From Nemertoderma westbladi (lineage: Eukaryota > Animalia > Xenacoelomorpha), in contig JAUCBJ010008363.1 in NCBI GenBank assembly GCA_032718475.1, forward strand, positions 186,001 through 250,000: a stretch of 64,000 nt of DNA. The letters are read 5' to 3'. Below, in pieces: positions 1 to 11,785 of this stretch; the first letter of the stretch is position 1, and each line of letters begins with the position of its first letter. The translations under genes and the position numbers were made by a program. Below the pieces are notes generated by a model that worked only from the letters and a program-made list of their open reading frames with translations, was not told the DNA's origin and made no database searches.

Positions 1-451
1 TATATTAGTCCGTTATACTGTACGCAATATTAGTCCGTTGTGCAGCATAATATTTTAGATAAGGCATAATAGCGCAGTGGCATTTAGATAAGGAAATTGA
101 AACGCCCATATATTTTGAATTCATCCATTTTGTATAGTATGTAGCCCTACCTACGTAATTTTGTATTAGGATATTAGTAGATAGTTCCAGGGTAGCAAGT
201 TCAGTTGGACCCTGGATATGGGCTTGCCGTTATTCGCCTCGATGGGGCTGGCTGTCACGGGTCTTATTTTCCTATAATTGCGCTAAATTAATGTTTGTGC
301 ATCATGTTATTAGTACCGCTAAATTAAGCACCGGCAAAATTACCTTATATGGTGACGTTTTGAGGGTTAGGGGGGCAATAGGGCTACAATCCGGCCTTCT
401 TATTGGACTAACTGCTTCCAGGTTGGCTTAATGCTAGCGCGGGCTGGAGAG

Positions 452-509
452 CCAATAAGAGAGCGATTGAGTCACCTTATTGCATCACCCCACTCGGATC
501 ACCTATAAA
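452..509 (+). promoter_or_regulatory. Putative LTR Pol II promoter (CCAAT and TATA boxes)
   Basis: CCAAT at 452-456 and TATAAA at 504-509 within the LTR-like region; motif match only. Confidence 0.4.
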
Positions 510-3357
510 TTGGCGGTCTGCCGGTAGAGCTGTACCAATCCCCATTACCACCCATTACCTTCAGTTCAACCTGTTAGAAGTATAATTTAGCGTATTTCTG
601 CAATTTTCTACTTTTGATTAATTTCTCGACATGATTTGCTAGTGCGATTATTCTTGATTGCGTTTCTCAATTAATCCTATCGATTACTGCTAATTACAAC
701 CGGAACTATGATTTCTACCCTTTTTGTTAATGGTTCTATGTGATTCTTTTCCATGCAATAATCCTACGGGATTTCTGAGACTGTCAGACTTTGTGATTTG
801 CATGCGCCGCTACGGTAGCTATTAGCATAATGGAGGGCTAAGGTGCCGGTAGGCGGTGGGCACATCGGGGGGTTGAGCGACTAAGGGAGAGCGGAGGATT
901 CAAAGGCGGGCAACGCTGGCGGAGGGCCACCGTTGCGGTCAGGCAATTTGCGCTGTAGCACGCAGACCATTCGCCGATACAGTAATTGGGGGGCTGATGA
1001 TCCAGGTTTCGTCTCTATTTAGTGTTAGGGGGGCAGGAATCGGGTTAGTTAGGAAACCTAGATGTATCCGGGAGAGGCCTGCGCGTATTACAGCGTAGAG
1101 CGTAGAGTGTGTAGTACGAATAGTGAATCACACAATTGTGGGCTATACAGTAGTTAACTACATAATTGCGAACGGTGATTGCTGACGCTGATTGGTGTGT
1201 TACTGAAGTGTGCCTATGATTATGAATGTTTAGGTAGGCGCCCTTTTCTCTTTGATTGATTTCTATTTCTTAGTTACAACAAATAATTACTGATTAAGTC
1301 AAAGTAATACGGTAATTTAGGCTATTACTAGCGAAACCTGTTGCGTAATAAATTAGAATTACGCATTCTGGAACTCTTAGTAATTAGTACGCTGTTACAT
1401 ATTTGTGACTGTAGTTGATTAGTAAAATTAAGAATTAGTACGCAGCATAGCGGAGAATAGCTAAGGTAATAATTAGGGTACTGTAAACTATTCACGCTGA
1501 GCGGTTATTTGCATTAGCGGGCAATCAGCCAGATCGCATTATTCAGTATGCAATACGCTAGTAATTTGCTGGCCTAAAGCCAGCCGCAGGCAAGTTTAGA
1601 CCCAGAGTGGTATTATCCACGTAGAAACAAATACTGTATCATTTGATTATTTTAAATATTCTCGCATTCATACATTCTGTTAGGGAACCCCCCGTATTCG
1701 CGATTAGAAAAGGCGTAGGAAAATAGTGTGCTTTAATAGTGATAAAATTAGGCGTAAGAGTACTCTGAGTGCAAAGCCTCTCGCACTCGTCTTAAGTAAG
1801 CTTAGGGAGCCGACTCGGGTTTATTGTTTTGGTTATTCCCGCGTGGCTCATAGATTCGAACAGTTAGCTCTCTGTCGAGCAATCGGTAGAGAAAGGAACA
1901 AGCGATTTTGCAGGAGCCGTGTAAATTTAGTAAATTATATTAGCGGACGGCAGATTAGCGCCATCCAACGGTAAGTAGCGGTTTTGTATTTAGAAACCTT
2001 TACAATTTAGTAATATCACGCTCCTGATCCCCTTTACTTAACAGTAGAGCAGTCTTTGTGTCTTATTGGTTAGACGAGAACTTATTAGGTTGGCAGAGGA
2101 GTATACGGGTATTTGTCTGTTCAACAGTTCTGCTGTTAGTATATAGGTCGCGGTTGTTTATCAGTAATACGCGTGTAAATATTGGCTGTTGCTTGCAGCA
2201 GTCAAGAGTGTATTCTTAGGCTGTTGGGTAGGATCACTGTTACTGCAGTAGTTAAGTAACAAGTTAGAGCACGTGATATTGTCTGCTGTAGGCTACAGCG
2301 TACAGTAGAACATTGAGTGTATTATTAGGCTGATTAGTTTTAGATTGCTGTATTCACTGGTCGCGTACAGTAGTACAGTAGTACATTAGGCTGATTGCTG
2401 TTACTGAGTACGGTAGAAGGACATTTGTTTGCCATACCACACACAGTATCATTAGGCTGTTAGGTTGGTGTACTGTTTTACTTACTGTATTGCATACAGT
2501 GGATGTATGGTAGTGCGTTTTTGCTAATTGCGAATACAGCAGTTCCTTAGGCCTTAGGGCAAATTGTAATTAGTAAGTTTTTTGAAATTTTAGCTAGGTT
2601 TGCGAGAATTCAGTTTCGGTCAAAATTAATTTAAATTCGAGAGTTTTGTACCGGTATGTTAGGTAACCGCTTAGTTATTTTATACCATCTGGAGATACAT
2701 GGCAAGACGGAACTTCTGAGTTTGGGGTTCGTGTGGGTCTGCGGGTTCGGTTTGCAATCAGCGAAGGAACTGAAACTTTGGACGCGGACGTGGAATCTCA
2801 CAGCAAACAAGGTTAGTTGTTCTGTTGGCACCATTGTGTTTGTGGAAGCAGTAAAAAATTATCGGTTGTTTAACTGCGAAGCTGAACTCAATTTATTAGT
2901 TAGGATATTTAGGTTTAGCCGGCCATGGTTTTTTGAATCGCTCAAGTTAGAAAGAGAGTTAGAGAGAGTCGCAACCCGAAGATGTAGCCACGCGCTAGTG
3001 GATACATATAATATTTGAAATTAAAATTACGTTGATTAGAGCTATATATGTAAAATTGGAAATATTCGGGTGGCAAGTTTATTTTGAATATTGTGTATTA
3101 GATTCAAAGTTATTTTGTGCTATACCGGTATTTAATTGCTATAGTAGCTATGTAATAATATTTTTGTTTAAATATTGTGCTAGTATTTGCTATAACTATA
3201 TACCCCATTAAATTCGCAATATTGCATTGCGAATTTAGTTGACATTTTGGACAACTAATTATTTGACAAATAATTTAATCGTATATCGATTAAATTAAAT
3301 ATATATCTCGAACCTTTTGCGAGATATTTTTGCCGGAAGGCAAACATTATTTAGACT

Positions 3358-6300
3358 ATGAGTGTCTCAGATAAGGAGGCACTAGAGGACAGCTATGAGA
3401 CGGCAACTGGACCGCCGACTGACGATAGCGTAAATATTACTGTTGACGACAATGCCGACTATGACGACGCAGCGAGTGACGCTGACGTAAGTGAACAGGA
3501 GGACGAGACAGTGACTAGTGAGGAAGAACAACAACCTCAAGTAATAGTATTAGGATCCCCTACCGCTACTGTAAGGAAGGACTGTACAGCAGCCCGGACA
3601 GAGGTGTGTGATAGGGAGGGTAGTGTAGCAGAAGCGAGAGCCCGGAGCCCGGTTTCCAGACCTGTGGGTATGGTAAGTGCCGTGGTCCCGACGGCTGTAA
3701 GGAGTACCCGTAGTTCCCGAAATAATCCTTCAAGTCCACCAAGTGTAAGTCAGGTAAGTGACAGAGAGTTCGACGTCGCGATAAAGAAGAAACTTCGCGC
3801 GCATGCCAGACATATAACTCGGACGACGGACAAGGTAAGGAAGATGTTAGCTGATTCAGCGAACATCGGGAGGGTAGAGTTAGTAGAGATTAGAAGAGGA
3901 TATAACTCCGCGTTATTCAAGCAGACGGAGGAGCTTGCAGTCCTAGCGAAGAAGGCAGTAGAGTCTCAGTCGAGCGACGTGGCGACGAGGATTTATGACA
4001 GGGTTTTAGCAGCCTTGTTGGAACACCGTGCGTTATCGGAGCGATTCCGACGAGTTAGGACGGAAAACTGGTTGCTATGGGCATCACAAGTGCAGGCCAC
4101 TCAGGTGAGTGACACAGAGTTGAGAGAGTTAGTGGAGCGAGAAGAGATCCAGGATAAGGAAGAGCGCAGGTATTAGAGGGAAGTTACTAGCTGGCTGATG
4201 CAGAGTGGAGTGGTGGTACCGGGCCAGGTGCTACCGACAACGGAGAACATCCAACAGAGAACATTAACTCCACCCAATGACGCATCCAGAGACAGTGGCG
4301 AATCCCAGGTTAGTCACGCGCGCGGTAAGGTTATATGTGCTAGATCCCTTGTTTCTCACAACTCGGCGGAAGAGAGAAGACGCCAACTGGACGAACAACG
4401 GGCGGAAGTTTTGCGTGCATCAGAAGCACGGAAGGAAGCCGAACGGGAAAGGGTGCGAACACGTAAGTTAGACGCAAAGTTGCGGGAGTTGGAAGAGAAA
4501 GGTAAGCGTGAGCAAGCGGAACGCGAACAGAAAGAACGCGAACAGAAAGAACGCAAACAGAAAGAACGCGAACTTCGACTTGAACGCGAACGGGAAGCAA
4601 AGAAACGCGAATTCCAACTTGAACGCAAGCGTAAGGAACGCGAACTTGAGATCGAGAAAGAGCGACAAGCGTTGTATGAAGAGAAGGCGCGTGTGGAAGA
4701 AGAGAGCGCAGCGAGACGAGCGAGGGAAGAAGAAGAACGTAAACTGGCGCAGTTGGAAAGTGCGAGATTAAGTTTAGAGCGCGAAGAACGGACCAGGAAA
4801 GCGAATGAAATCGCTGAGAAGGGGATGCGAATGATCGAAGAATGTGGGGCGAGTGTAGGGACTGAGTTGCGAGAACTGTTCGCACTGCAGAAGGCCGAAC
4901 TCCGACTATACGCGAGTCGACGACGACCAGAATTCCTATACCCGGTCCAGCTATTACGAGTACACGGATTGCTAAACCGTTCTCTACATATCGCACGCCA
5001 GTTGGTATTAGTGCTTCACCTATCGCCCAGGATCCACGTCATTGCACCGCACCACTATACACCGAACGTGACAATGGAGAGTTAAGAGAAACTCCGACTG
5101 GACGAGTATTTGGCGAACCGAACCCGCGGTTTTGGAATACGCGGACGGAGCGCCGACCCAGTTCGACGGAGAACTTACGGGTTAAACCGGAAGAGGGATC
5201 ATATGAAAGACAGCGGATTACTCAGATAGAGCCGACCATACAACAGAACCCTAGCCAGGAATTTATTACGAGGGATGAGTTAAGTGCTAGTTTAGCGCAA
5301 GCTATATCGCCACACATCCAACCTATAACGGACATGCTTAGCAACCTATGGTTAAAGGAAGCAGCCCAGGTAAGAAGTAATTCAAATCCTAGCAGGCCTG
5401 AGTTAGACAAAGTCAAGCCTAGTCAATGAGTACGTATATCGGAGGAGACTATACCACATAGACCTCAGGTAAGGACGCCTGTCCCGACTATCTCTAATCC
5501 CAATTTCGAAAATTCGGCAGATAAATTTATTCAGGACGCTTGGGTCAGGGCCTCGGCGCGCAAACCATCGCAAGCGCTAAGGACTGACACCGAATCAAGC
5601 GATGAAGAGGAAGACATGAGACGTCAGAAGTCCCGAAACTATAAGGAAAGAAGGAGGGACGCGGAGCAGGTAAGTTGGAACCACCGGGAAAGGACCAGAC
5701 TTAACAACCCTGCGGAACTAAACCATTTGTTAACCCGGAACAACGCAACCCTTAGGGACATAGGTAAGTTTGCTGCTAGGCAAGGACTGCCGACGCAACA
5801 AACCCCAGAAGTTTATGGGCAACCATAAGCACTGGTGGACTTTCAAAACCTATGTCGACGAACAGCTGACCAACAGCACCTTTACTCCTAACGAGAAGTT
5901 CAACTATTTGCTTCAGATGCTCCATCGAGAACCTAGAGCCATTGCTGATAACTTCGTCGGCAATGAAAGAGCATTCGAGTTAGCAATGAAGACGCTTAGC
6001 GACATCTACGGGAATAAAACCAAGATGGCGCAGTCGATAGTGGAAGACTTGGGTAAGGTCGGAAGGATTACAACTCCGTTAGAGCTGTTGAACTTAGCGA
6101 ACGCTATTTCGAACGCATTGGACATCTTGAAGACGGTGAATCTACCTCACCATGGTGATCACGCCGAAGTTTTAAAGAGCGTGATAAGACGTTTAAACAT
6201 GCGTTACAGACAGAAATGGCGCAAATTAGAGAACAAGTTGGAGGGTCAAGGTAAGGTGTTGACAATTCAACACATTCATGACATGATAGCCACAGACGCA

Positions 6301-6885
6301 GTAGCAGAGATGAAATCAAACTTCTCAGAGGAGAATATGAGGGAGTCTAAACCTGTTACCGGTAAGTCTATGGTAAGTTTTGACGATGACAGGACCACTG
6401 TGACATTTAACTCAGTAGACAGATATAATTCGAGTACCCCAGCCTTTAGATCAGACTCGCGAGTATGGTCAGGTGAGCTGTTAGATAGACCTAGGTTAAA
6501 GCAACAGGAGTTGCCGGATGGATTTGTAGGTTGCCAATTCTGCTTACTAAAGGAGGTAAGATCTGACGACCATAAGTTAGACAGTTGCAGACGGTTCAAA
6601 GAATTTAATTCGGAACAGAGAAGAGTTCAAGTGCGGACGTTGGACACCTGTTGGGCTTGTCTTGCGCCAGGTCATGTACGGCGGCAGTGCCCGAACAGCA
6701 AGGACGGATGCATGGAATGTGTGCAGACTACATCACAAGTTGCTACATGCGGATTTCCATACCCCAACGGACCGTTACTTACAGCGAAATCCTCACAGGA
6801 AGGGGGGCAAAGAACCCATATCAATAAAGAGGAATACGTATACCGGCATCCAGGACGATGGTTACCAACCAGGTTCGTCGGATGA
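3358..6885 (+). pseudogene. gag: BEL/Pao gag, disrupted; long acidic and coiled-coil N-terminal extension
   Basis: ORFs 3358-4176 and 4198-5085 are in one frame separated by a single TAG. After further frameshifts/stops, 5770-6885 has PQKFMGN..WWTF..EKFNYLLQML (DUF1759-like) and knuckles CQFC..H....C and CWACLAPGHVRRQC; the third knuckle (C.LHHKLLH) is in the next frame. Confidence 0.85.
4519..4650 (+). repeat. 15-bp coding minisatellite (GAACGCGAACAGAAA-like) encoding EREQK repeats
   Basis: Three near-perfect tandem units at 4519-4563, then degenerate GAACGCGAA units. Confidence 0.8.
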
Positions 6886-8404
6886 GGATGGCGAATCGAG
6901 CGCGAGAGAAGTGACCTGCCAAGGTTTTACCGCGGAGAGTTCATCGACCAGCGCGCGGACGTATTTATCATCGGCCACGTCGGAAATATTTAGCGTGATT
7001 CCGGTGAAACTCACTGGAGATAAGGGATCGAAGCGAATATATGTGATGTTGGACACGGCGTCCACATTATCATATATCGACGAGGAAGTGGCGAGAGCCG
7101 TTTCTAGCTTCCAAGACGCCGAGGAGATCCAAATAGAGTTGAAGTCTATGCATGGAGTAGGAGACCTCAAGGGACACAGGATAACTGTAGAACTAGATTC
7201 CCTACTGCCGAGAGACCAACATACTCGACAAGAACGAAGAGCTTTGCCATTGGACGGATTCAAGTGTCTAGCTATGAAGGGGTTCGGCAGGCAGTTAGGT
7301 AAGGTGCCGCCGATGAGTCCCATAGCACAGGAGTATTTTGACAAACTCAGAGTACCGAGACACCAGGTAGGTTATAGGAATGTTTCTATGTTGATTGGTG
7401 CAGAACAGCTGATCGCACACCAGACATGGGAAACGAGACCAGCTGAACCGCATGTAAATGGACCACATGCCCATAGGACCATATTAGGTTGGTATAAACG
7501 AGTACCCATGTCTTATGAGTTTACAGGTGGCGACAAGCCAATGGACAGATTCAACGGATTACAGCCTATAACACAACCACCGTTAGTAGAACCACCAGAC
7601 ATAGACGAGTTTAGGAGAACCTGTATTGACCATTATAGTGACGTTAGCGAGTCGGACGAGGAGTTGATTCCCGATAATGTTAGGTTGTCGGAACCACTTC
7701 ACACTGACCGGACAGATAGTGAACCCGAGGACTACTGTTATCAGACCCGTGGGTCTGGTTCAGCGGCCCACGCTACCTATTTGAGTAACGTTTTGACTTA
7801 TACCGACATAGTGGAGGGTCAGGTGGCTAAATATCGAGACCTAGACATTTTCCAATACAGTGAGGAGGAATTGCAGAAGGAATTGATACGCCAGGACCTC
7901 GAGACAGGAGCTAGAACCGTCGAATGGCTGGATAGGGACGCAATGGAACCCGGTGGATATCACCTAACCATGTCTACTGACGAGAAGCGGTCGCTAGAGA
8001 TGATGGAAGATACCATACGTTTGCTACCGACTGGACATTTTGAAGTTGGAATGTTGTGGCGTCGACAACCACCTAAGTTGGAGAACAACTACAACTTAGC
8101 CTTGAAAAGATTAAGCGGAGTAAGGGCTCTTTTGTTAAAGAATCCAGACATTAGGGAGAAGTATTGCGCCCAGATCAACAACTATTTCGCCAAGGGATTT
8201 GCTGGGAAGGTAGAGGACCCTGACTTAGTGACGGACCAGACTTATTACCTCCCACACCACTATGTGACTCACCCTGACAAGCCAGACAAAGTCCGAGTAG
8301 TCAACGACTGCGCAGCAGTCTATAGAGGTATGTCCCTGAATTCAGAGTTGATGGATGGTCCCAACCTGAATAATTATTTGATAGAAATACTGTTGCGTTT
8401 TAGA
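6662..8404 (+). pseudogene. pol: BEL/Pao pol fragment: aspartic protease plus N-terminal RT
   Basis: VMLDTASTLSYI protease motif; YYLPHHYV..KVRVVNDCAA..SLNSELMDGPNL..ILLRFR is the BEL RT start. The last ~10 codons of the ORF-track call (to 8437) are satellite-derived. Confidence 0.9.
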
Positions 8405-9551
8405 CATAAATATGAAAATCGATGTCGTTTTTTGTAAAAAATCTGAGGATATTTTGATAAATTATTGCTGAAAGCCCAAGGATTTTGACATGGCTTTAAT
8501 ACTTCATTATGTTCATAAAAAAACTTAGATATTTGAGGTGAATTATTGCATTACATAATAACTCCAGCCACATTAGCAATACGATGAAACTATAATAAAT
8601 ATTCTACAACAGAACAATATTAACGGGGAAATAGGCTACTTATCTATTTACTCTTAGAGCTCAAAAAGCGGGTGTTCCGACGCAATCAAAATTCATCCAT
8701 CTCCAGGGGAAAGACGAAGCAAAGAACAGCTGATTACTTCTATAAATGTAAGTGTTACCTGCTCTTTTGACTTTCATTTAAGATTGTCTATCTCTTGGAG
8801 TGGGTTAGAAGTCATGAATATGAAAATCGATGTCGTTTTTTGTAAAAAATCAGAGGAGATTTTAATAAATTATTGCTGAAAAACACCAATTATTTTGACA
8901 AGGATGTAATACTCATTATATTCATAAACTAGCTGAGATATTTGAGGTGAATTATTGCATTACATATTAACTTTGGCTCCAGCCGCTTTGGCAATACGAT
9001 GAAACTATAATAAATATTCTAGAACACAACAATATTAACAGGAAGATAGGCTACTTATCTCTCCACTCAGACAGCCACAGGTAGGGAGGGGTGTTTTGAC
9101 ACAATCAAAATTTAACCATCTCCAGGGGAAAGACGAAGCAAATAACAGCTGATTACTTCTATAAATGTAAGTGTTACCTGTTCTTTTGACTTTCGTTAAA
9201 GATTGTCTATCTCGTGGAGTGGGTTAGAAGTTATAAATATGAAAATCGATGTCGTTTTTTGTAAAAAATCTGAGAATATTTTGATAAATTATTGCTGAAA
9301 GCCCAAGGATTTTGACATGGCTTTAATACTTCATTATGTTCATGAAATAGCTGAGAAATTTGAGGTCAGTTATTGTAATACATATTATCTTCGGCTCCAG
9401 CCACTTTGGCAATACGATGAAACTATAATAAATATTCTAGAACACAACAATATTAACAGGGAGATAGCCTAATTATATCTTCACTCTGAGAGCCTCAAAA
9501 AGGGGGTGTTCCGACGCAATCAAATTTCATCCATCTCCTGGGGAAAGACGA

Positions 9552-9588
9552 TCTGCAATGCAGCATGCCGATCCTAGTAGTAGTAGTA
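9552..9588 (+). mobile_element. 37-bp 5'-truncated retroposon end with (TAG)n tail
   Basis: TCTGCAATGCAGCATGCCGATCC(TAG)n flanked by 12-bp TSD GGGGAAAGACGA (9540-9551 and 9589-9600); matches the 3' end of the insert at 24861-24967. Confidence 0.85.
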
Positions 9589-10843
9589 GGGGAAAGACGA
9601 AGCAAATAACAGCTGATTACTTCTATAAATGTAAGTTTTACCTGTTCTTATGACTTTCGTTTAAGATTATCTATCTCGTGGAGTGGGTTAGAAGATATAA
9701 ATATGAAAATCGATGTCGTTTTTTGTAAAAAATCTGAGGATATTTTGATAAATTATTGCTGAAACCCCAAGGATTTTGACATGGCTTTAATACTTCATTA
9801 TGTTCATGAAAAAACTTAGATATTTGAGGTGAATTATTGCATTACATAATAACTCCAGCCACATTAGCAATACGATGAAACTATAATAAATATTCTACAA
9901 CAGAACAATATTAACGGGGAAATAGGCTACTTATCTCTTTACTCTTAGAGCCTCAAAAAGCGGGTGTTCCGACGCAATCAAAATTCATCCATCTCCAGGG
10001 GAAAGACGAAGCAAAGAACAGCTGATTACTTCTATAAATGTAAGTGTTACCTGCTCTTTTGACTTTCATTTAAGATTGTCTATCTCTTGGAGTGGGTTAG
10101 AAGTCATGAATATGAAAATCGATGTCGTTTTTTGTAAAAAATCAGAGGAGATTTTAATAAATTATTGCTGAAAAACACCAATTATTTTGACAAGGATGTA
10201 ATACTCATTATATTCATAAACTAGCTGAGATATTTGAGGTGAATTATTGCATTACATATTAACTTTGGCTCCAGCCGCTTTGGCAATACGATGAAACTAT
10301 AATAAATATTCTAGAACACAACAATATTAACAGGAAGATAGGCTACTTATCTCTCCACTCAGACAGCCACAGGTAGGGAGGGGTGTTTTGACACAATCAA
10401 AATTTAACCATCTCCAGGGGAAAGACGAAGCAAATAACAGCTGATTACTTCTATAAATGTAAGTGTTACCTGTTCTTTTGACTTTCGTTAAAGATTGTCT
10501 ATCTCGTGGAGTGGGTTAGAAGTTATAAATATGAAAATCGATGTCGTTTTTTGTAAAAAATCTGAGAATATTTTGATAAATTATTGCTGAAAGCCCAAGG
10601 ATTTTGACATGGCTTTAATACTTCATTATGTTCATGAAATAGCTGAGAAATTTGAGGTCAGTTATTGTAATACATATTATCTTCGGCTCCAGCCACTTTG
10701 GCAATACGATGAAACTATAATAAATATTCTAGAACACAACAATATTAACAGGGAGATAGCCTAATTATATCTTCACTCTGAGAGCCTCAAAAAGGGGGTG
10801 TTCCGACGCAATCAAATTTCATCCATCTCCTGGGGAAAGACGA

Positions 10844-10880
10844 TCTGCAATGCAGCATGCCGATCCTAGTAGTAGTAGTA
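10844..10880 (+). mobile_element. Second copy of the 37-bp retroposon end, duplicated with the satellite
   Basis: Same insert and same TSD (10832-10843 and 10881-10892), 1292 bp downstream of the first copy. Confidence 0.85.
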
Positions 10881-11785
10881 GGGGAAAGACGAAGCAAATA
10901 ACAGCTGATTACTTCTATAAATGTAAGTTTTACCTGTTCTTATGACTTTCGTTTAAGATTATCTATCTCGTGGAGTGGGTTAGAAGATATAAATATGAAA
11001 ATCGATGTCGTTTTTTGTAAAAAATCTGAGGATATTTTGATAAATTATTGCTGAAACCCCAAGGATTTTGACATGGCTTTAATACTTCATTATGTTCATG
11101 AAAAAACTTAGATATTTGAGGTGAATTATTGCATTACATAATAACTCCAGCCACATTAGCAATACGATGAAACTATAATAAATATTCTACAACAGAACAA
11201 TATTAACGGGGAAATAGGCTACTTATCTCTTTACTCTTAGAGCCTCAAAAAGCGGGTGTTCCGACGCAATCAAAATTCATCCATCTCCAGGGGAAAGACG
11301 AAGCAAAGAACAGCTGATTACTTCTATAAATGTAAGTGTTACCTGCTCTTTTGACTTTCATTTAAGGTTGTCTATCTCTTGGAGTGGGTTAGAAGTCATG
11401 AATATGAAAATCGATGTCGTTTTTTGTAAAAAATCAGAGGAGATTTTAATAAATTATTGCTGAAAAACACCAATTATTTTGACAAGGATTTAATACTCAT
11501 TATTATTCATAAACTAGCTGAGATATTTGATGTGAATTATTGCATTACATATTAACTTTGGCTCCAGCCGCTTTGGCAATACGATGAAACTATAATAAAT
11601 ATTCTAGAACACAACAATATTAACAGGAAGATAGGCTACTTATCTCTCCACTCAGACAGCCACAGGTAGGGAGGGGTGTTTTGACACAATCAAAATTTAA
11701 CCATCTCCAGGGGAAAGACGAAGCAAATAACAGCTGATTACTTCTATAAATGTAAATGTTACCTGTTCTTTTGACTTTCGTTTAA

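Larger units (their letters stand above)
1..8404 (+). mobile_element. BEL/Pao LTR retrotransposon, 3'-truncated (LTR begins just before the window; breaks off inside RT)
   Basis: Domain order gag (DUF1759-like, three Cys/His knuckles), protease, RT N-terminus is typical of BEL/Pao. Bases 1-~400 match the TG-starting LTR at 63568-64000. The ORF ends at ...LLRFR and runs straight into satellite. LTR 3' boundary and PBS not resolved. Confidence 0.9.

Noticed and set aside
990-1065. Hammerhead ribozyme (CTGATGA at ~994, GAAAC at ~1053)
   Set aside because: I could not build stems I-III around the core; the GAAAC pairs with the nearby GTTTC instead. No hammerhead core was seen in the satellite monomer either.
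1726-3018. ORFs 1726-1974 and 2656-3018 as accessory or env genes
   Set aside because: Short, no recognisable motif, no evidence of coding bias.
4340-4996. Antisense ORFs over the gag coiled-coil region
   Set aside because: Shadow frames of a purine-rich repetitive coding strand.
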